The notes beneath the pieces were generated by a model. That model saw only the letters and a program-made list of their open reading frames with translations, had not been told where the DNA came from and ran no database searches. The position numbers and the translations under genes were made by a program. A stretch of 32,000 bases of DNA from Opitutia bacterium KCR 482 (GTDB lineage Bacteria; Verrucomicrobiota; Verrucomicrobiia; Opitutales; Intestinicryptomonadaceae): NCBI GenBank assembly GCA_029269845.2, contig CP149973.1, forward strand, positions 660,001 to 692,000, in the 5' to 3' direction. This document shows positions 27,435 to 32,000 of this stretch, in pieces. How positions within the stretch are numbered: position 1 is the first letter of the stretch; each line of letters opens with the position of its first letter.

Positions 27435-29135
27435 TCAAGCATTATAATTTCTGCGCGAGCACCCCCAGAACACGACGGCAAGCGCAATCGCGGTCTGGAC
27501 GCCCATCGCCAAGAGCGCGAGAGAGGGCGACGGAATGAAATCCCAATCGGGCTTGGTGAGGACGTAGGCGTCGTAGATTCTGCTTTCGCGCATGGACGAC
27601 ATGTAGCCCGCCCAGCCCCAGTAAGCCGAGATGAACGGCCTGCACACCCATTTGAGCGATTCGGGAAGCGCGAGCACTATGCCCGAAAGCGGAAGCTGGA
27701 AGCCGACCAAATATATCGACACCAAATTCGCCTTGTCGGACGACGAAAAAATCGAGCTGAACGCAAGGCAGACCGCCGTCATCGCAACGCACGCCGCCGC
27801 CATTTCCACGCACTGCACAACCGCCGACCCCGGGAATCCGCACACGAGCTTTACGAACATGCACATCCACACGCCCTGAAACAGCGCAAGCGACACCGCG
27901 AAAATTATCTTCGAAAGCGCGTACGCGCACGGGCGCAGACCCGCAAACCGCTCCTTTTCGTAGAGGGCGCGTTCGCCCGCAATCTCCCGCGCGGAGTTGT
28001 TCGCGCCTATCAGCGAAAGCAGAACCACCTGAAAGAGCACAAGCCCCGTGGCGATTGTCGAGGCGTACGCGGCGTCCATCTGCATTTTAAGGTTTTGGCG
28101 AAGCTCGTCGAGCGCGCCCAAATTGCGGTCGAGCGCAAGGCTCTCAATCTGCGGAAGCCCGCCGATTGAAAAAATCACGACGACAAGCGGAAAGCCGAAC
28201 GTGATTCCCATCGTAAGCAGCAGGTATGTGTAGTCGCGGAAAAACAGGCGGTAGCGGCGCGAGAGCAACGTTTTGAGCTGCGAAAAGAGCGTCGGGCGAG
28301 CCTCCCGCGCGTCGGCGTCGGACGGGTTTTCGCCAGATTCCCCCGCCCATTCTGCGGCTTCGGCGCGGGCGCGTTCGGCAAGGGCGGAACTGCGCCACTT
28401 TTCGCGCCAGCGGGAAATGTCGAACGCTTCGAGCGTGTCGTAGAGCGACAGCGCGGAGTCTATGCCGAAGTATTCTTTAAGCTCGCCGAGGTTTCCGAAA
28501 AACACGACCTCCCCAGCGTATACGACCGTGATTTTGTCGAAGTAGTCGAGCTTCGCGAGGTTGTGGATTATGCAGATAAATGTTTTGCCGCGTTCGTCGG
28601 AAAGCTTTTTCAGGAGGTCGAGAATCGAGTTTTCCGAAAGCGGGTCGAGACCCGAAGTTACCTCGTCGCAAACGACAGTGTCGGGGTTGTCGGCAAGCTC
28701 CACGGCAAGCCCCATGCGCCTGAGCTGTCCGCCCGAAAGCGAGCCTACCCGCTTGTCGGCGTGCTCGGCAAGCCCGACGGTCTCCAAGACGGACTCAACC
28801 CGCGCCGCCCTGTCGGAGGCGTCCGCAACCGCCAGGTCGAACGCGCATTCGACAGCCTCGCGCACGGTGAGCATTTGGTGCACGCACGTGAACTGCGGCG
28901 CAAAGCCGACGCGCCCCGAAAGGTCGTCGCCCGACGCAATCCGCACCCCGCCCAAGTAGGACTCGCCCTCCGAGGGAATGATTTTGAGCATCGCCTTTAC
29001 GAGCGTCGTCTTTCCGCAACCCGACGGCCCTATGACCGCGTTCATCGCGCGGGGCGCAAACGACACTGTGGCGGAGTTCAAAATTGGGGCGTCCGAATTG
29101 GGAACGCGCACTGTCAGATTTTCGCAGCTTAGCAT
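27435..29135 (-). CDS. ABCG-type fused ABC transporter (N-terminal ATPase plus C-terminal ABC-2 six-helix permease)
   Basis: 566 aa from the ATG at 29133-29135 (MLSCENLTV). Walker A GPSGCGKTT, Q-loop APQ, signature LSGGQLRR, Walker B VVCDEVTSGLD, H-loop IIHN. An Arg/Glu-rich connector and six hydrophobic helices follow. The track start at 29192 is a TTG. Confidence 0.88.
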   Translation of the reverse strand: MLSCENLTVRVPNSDAPILNSATVSFAPRAMNAVIGPSGCGKTTLVKAMLKIIPSEGESYLGGVRIASGDDLSGRVGFAPQFTCVHQMLTVREAVECAFDLAVADASDRAARVESVLETVGLAEHADKRVGSLSGGQLRRMGLAVELADNPDTVVCDEVTSGLDPLSENSILDLLKKLSDERGKTFICIIHNLAKLDYFDKITVVYAGEVVFFGNLGELKEYFGIDSALSLYDTLEAFDISRWREKWRSSALAERARAEAAEWAGESGENPSDADAREARPTLFSQLKTLLSRRYRLFFRDYTYLLLTMGITFGFPLVVVIFSIGGLPQIESLALDRNLGALDELRQNLKMQMDAAYASTIATGLVLFQVVLLSLIGANNSAREIAGERALYEKERFAGLRPCAYALSKIIFAVSLALFQGVWMCMFVKLVCGFPGSAVVQCVEMAAACVAMTAVCLAFSSIFSSSDKANLVSIYLVGFQLPLSGIVLALPESLKWVCRPFISAYWGWAGYMSSMRESRIYDAYVLTKPDWDFIPSPSLALLAMGVQTAIALAVVFWGCSRRNYNA

Positions 29136-29194
29136 TTGTCGGTTTTCTCGAAATTTCTGTTGAGATTTTTGCGGTTTTATAATTAATTGCAACC

Positions 29195-29758
29195 ATGAAT
29201 ATTCTTAAATTTGCCGCAGTCGTGGCGGCCGCCGCCATTTCGGCGCAGTCCGCGCTCGCGCTGAAAGTCTCCGACGACATCAAAAATCCGAACGTGTTTG
29301 CGGTCGAGTTCCCCGAAGGAACGGCGTTCTACGGACGCGCCGACAAGCTCGTGTCGGTTTCCAAGCAGGAGTTCGTCGCAGGGCCTCTTTTCGTAACGGA
29401 GGTGTGCCTTGAATTCGACCGCTCGCCCCTGCAAGTGCGCATCTACAATTCCCGCGCGCTGCCGTCGAACGCGGGGGTCGAGACGCTAAAAAAGAACCTT
29501 CCCGACAACCTCAAACAGTACGCGACGCCCCCGAAAGGCGTCCAAAAACTGCTCGACGAAAAGACGAAAAACGCCGCAACCCAGCAGTTCGTCTACAAGG
29601 ACTATCCCGCGACGACCCACGCGCGGACGCTCGAATTCGTCGTAGCCGACGTGAACGAGCTCGGCGAATTTTTCAAAAAAGTTTCGGAATGCTTCGCAAA
29701 TCAGGCGGGGGAAAAAATCAACGGCAAAAAATTCGTTTTGGAGGATAAAAGGAAATGA
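29195..29758 (+). CDS. Secreted hypothetical protein
   Basis: 187 aa. Signal peptide MNILKFAAVVAAAAISAQSALA. Its stop overlaps the next start (ATGA at 29755-29758). Confidence 0.6.
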   Translation: MNILKFAAVVAAAAISAQSALALKVSDDIKNPNVFAVEFPEGTAFYGRADKLVSVSKQEFVAGPLFVTEVCLEFDRSPLQVRIYNSRALPSNAGVETLKKNLPDNLKQYATPPKGVQKLLDEKTKNAATQQFVYKDYPATTHARTLEFVVADVNELGEFFKKVSECFANQAGEKINGKKFVLEDKRK

Positions 29759-30540
29759 TGAAAAAACTCGCAATTTCGGCGGCAATGCTCGGCGCGGCGT
29801 TCGCGTGCGCAGAGGAGAAAATCGGAGACATCGTAAAGGCAGGCGACACAACATACATGCTCGTCTGCGAGCTTTCCACGCCCGAACAGAACGCGAATTT
29901 CCAGCGCAACCTCAACATCATGCAGAGCGACTCGCGGGCGATTGACATTCTCAAAAACGCCGTTGCAAAGGAAGCCGACGCCGCAAAAAAGGCGTCGCTC
30001 GAAGAAAAGCTCAAAACGCTCGAAACGAATTTTTCGTCGAACGACGAGGCAATGCAAAAGGCGTACAGGTTTGCGACAAGCCGCAAATACCGCATGATAT
30101 TTTTGGAGTCGAACATCTGCGTGCCGCTCTCAAACGAAGAGCTGTCCACGCTCAAAGACTCCGACGGCAACGCGCTCGACCCGATGAAAATTCTCACGCG
30201 CGGGGGGAAGTCGCTGTACGTCAAAAAAACCGTTTCGGGAAGCGACGAAAACCAGAAACTGCAACGCATGATAGGCTTTGTTGTGGCAAGACGCGCAGAC
30301 CTCGACAACATGCGCAAAAAACTCGCCGAAACGACAGACCCCGCCGCCCAGCTCGAAATTACCGCAAAACTCGGCGCGGGCGAAAAGGCTCTGGCGGAAG
30401 CGGAAGACAAACTGCGCACCGAATACGGAATCAAGGCGAAGTCCGACTATGTTATAGAAACTTCAAAATCCAAAATGTACCTCATCTTGACGCCGGAGGA
30501 AATCCTGAAAATAGAAGCCCAAAACAAACTGCAAAAATAG
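29755..30540 (+). CDS. Secreted (possibly lipid-anchored) coiled-coil-rich hypothetical protein
   Basis: 261 aa. Signal peptide MMKKLAISAAMLGAAFAC with a weak lipobox. The K/E/A-rich helical stretches faintly resemble Skp/OmpH-like periplasmic proteins, but I cannot assign a family. Confidence 0.6.
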   Translation: MMKKLAISAAMLGAAFACAEEKIGDIVKAGDTTYMLVCELSTPEQNANFQRNLNIMQSDSRAIDILKNAVAKEADAAKKASLEEKLKTLETNFSSNDEAMQKAYRFATSRKYRMIFLESNICVPLSNEELSTLKDSDGNALDPMKILTRGGKSLYVKKTVSGSDENQKLQRMIGFVVARRADLDNMRKKLAETTDPAAQLEITAKLGAGEKALAEAEDKLRTEYGIKAKSDYVIETSKSKMYLILTPEEILKIEAQNKLQK

Positions 30541-30562
30541 AAAACCCCGCTTCTTCAAAAAA

Positions 30563-30586
30563 ACGCCGCGACCGCGGCGTTTTTTT
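30563..30586 (+). terminator. Rho-independent terminator after the secreted-protein pair
   Basis: Stem acgccgc / gcggcgt with loop gacc, followed by T7. It lies 22 nt after the stop. Confidence 0.85.
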
Positions 30587-30717
30587 GCGCCCCGACAGGC
30601 GCGGCAAGCCAAATAAATCCCCCGCCCGCAGACACACAAGCCGCGCGGCGACGCCGCCGCGAAAAAACCGCCGAATTATTGCGGCGAAAAAAATGAAAAA
30701 ATTTTTCCGAAAAACGC

Positions 30718-30746
30718 TTGACAAAAAATTTAACACTACCATAAAG
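30718..30746 (+). promoter_or_regulatory. Candidate sigma70 promoter with a consensus -35
   Basis: TTGACA (30718-30723), a 16-17 nt spacer, then CATAAA/ATAAAG (30740-30746). A/T tracts upstream look like an UP element. An ATG at 30756 follows. Confidence 0.35.
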
Positions 30747-31017
30747 GTCATCATTATGTTTTTAAATTTTAACAACGGCGAATTTTTCGGAACACAGTGT
30801 AGAAGCTGTCGAAGCCGCAACCGCAAACGAATGCGCGGGGCGGCGGTAATCGCCGTGTATTGAGGAATAGTGGGCTTAACGTTCAACCTAACCTTTTTCC
30901 GTTCCGCTTTCCCCGACAAACGCAAAAACCGCACGCACCCTTTCCGCCGCCCGACGCCCCGACTCAATTTTAAACTTAAAGACTACTATTTTAATAATAT
31001 ATAAGGAAACCACTAAA

Positions 31018-32000
31018 ATGAAAAACAAAAAAGCACTTCTCGCATACGCGCTCCTCGCGCTTTCCCCCATTACCTACGCGGCGTCTTCGGAAGCCGCAGT
31101 CGAAGCAAACGCGGCTCCCGCAGAAAAAGCGGAAGCCCCCAAAGCCGCCCCCGAAAAGGGCGCGCCGCTCCCGCTTCTTACAATAGACGGCGTGGGAGGG
31201 GTAGTTCTCACGCCGATAGCGTACCTCGTAAATCCGGGGGCTGAGGGAACGGAAATCGGGCTTCCGTCAATCGGGGCGACATACGTCAACGCGCGGCAGA
31301 AAAACGTGGAAAGCTTCGGCATAACAGAAACGCTGTTCACGCGCGTCGAACTCGGCTACAACGCAAGCAGATTCGGCACAGGCTCGCTGCAAAGCGACGT
31401 TCTCGCCTACGCGGGGGCGAACATAGAGCGCAACGACGTTTGGCTGCACACGCTCAACGCCCGCGTAAACGTAATCCGCGAAAACGATTTCGACACAAAG
31501 TTCCTGCCCGCAATCACGCTCGGCGCGCACTTTAAATACAACGACGGAATCTCCGAAATAAACAAAAATCTCGGCGGACTCCTGACCAACATAGGCTACA
31601 ACCGCGACTGGGGCGTGGAATTCACCGCGACGGCGTCCAAAACTTTCGTCGTCTACGGACACCCGCTCATTTTCTCGATTACAGGCCGCGCGACCGACGC
31701 CGCAAACCTCGGCTACACGGGCTATTCGGGCAAGTACGAATTTTCGGCGGAGGGCAACGTGGTCTTCGGCATAACCGACTGGCTGTTTGCGGCGTTCGAA
31801 TACCGCCAGAAAATCAACCAGTTCGACGAAGTGTACGCGGGCGGCAAAGAGCTTATCGGCAACGAAAACGACTGGTGGACGGTCGGGCTTGCGGCGGTCG
31901 TCTCGCCCCACCTGACGCTGACGGCAGGCTACGGACACCTCGGCACGGTTCTGAACACGCGCGAAAATACCGCTTGGGCGGCGTCGATAAAGTACGAATT
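31018..32000 (+). CDS. Putative outer-membrane beta-barrel (porin-like) protein; runs to the right window edge
   Basis: Absent from the ORF track because it is open at the edge. Own translation from the ATG at 31018 (AGGA SD 10 nt upstream): MKNKKALLAYALLALSPITYAAS (signal peptide), an A/P/E/K linker, then alternating amphipathic strand-like segments rich in G/Y/T/N. The last readable residues are ...AASIKYE plus tt, probably a terminal Phe as in beta-barrel OMPs. Confidence 0.65.
   Translation, partial: MKNKKALLAYALLALSPITYAASSEAAVEANAAPAEKAEAPKAAPEKGAPLPLLTIDGVGGVVLTPIAYLVNPGAEGTEIGLPSIGATYVNARQKNVESFGITETLFTRVELGYNASRFGTGSLQSDVLAYAGANIERNDVWLHTLNARVNVIRENDFDTKFLPAITLGAHFKYNDGISEINKNLGGLLTNIGYNRDWGVEFTATASKTFVVYGHPLIFSITGRATDAANLGYTGYSGKYEFSAEGNVVFGITDWLFAAFEYRQKINQFDEVYAGGKELIGNENDWWTVGLAAVVSPHLTLTAGYGHLGTVLNTRENTAWAASIKYE

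Noticed and set aside
30482-30967. 161-aa minus-strand ORF spanning the 30.5-31.0 kb intergenic region
   Set aside because: It runs through two hairpin/terminator structures and into the 3' end of the upstream plus-strand gene. Its translation is Arg/Phe-rich and non-protein-like, and no RBS is present.

Overview
Chromosomal window from a moderately GC-rich diderm bacterium. The protein sequences suggest a PVC-group (Lentisphaerae- or Verrucomicrobia-like) anaerobe, but that is only a guess. No rRNA, tRNA, CRISPR array, IS element, integrase or prophage signal was found. Gene map, left to right: (1) a secreted GH13 amylase-family gene running off the left edge (-). (2) A type-B succinate dehydrogenase/fumarate reductase operon, sdhC-A-B (+). 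(3) A contiguous heat-shock block, dnaK then groES-groEL (-), with no grpE, dnaJ, hrcA or CIRCE element. (4) A minus-strand chemosensory cassette of MCP, CheW, a CheW with an N-terminal Cys motif, and a CheA::REC hybrid. The genes are translationally coupled, and no CheR, CheB or output gene is present. A DxD glycosyltransferase-like gene and a PIG-L deacetylase follow it. (5) purC (+). (6) dgkA, an LtaS-family phosphoglycerol-transferase-like gene and a cupin (+). (7) A seven-gene minus-strand operon: an ABCG-type fused ABC half-transporter, four exported or membrane-anchored proteins with no motif I recognise, an SGNH hydrolase and tatA. (8) A divergent pair of secreted unknown proteins (+). 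(9) About 430 bp of non-coding DNA carrying promoter, small-ORF and hairpin signals. (10) A beta-barrel-like outer-membrane protein running off the right edge. The two best candidates for undescribed biology are the stripped-down Wsp-like chemosensory cassette and the ABCG-led operon of unknown exported proteins. The many long ORFs antisense to recognised genes are GC-driven shadow ORFs and were rejected.
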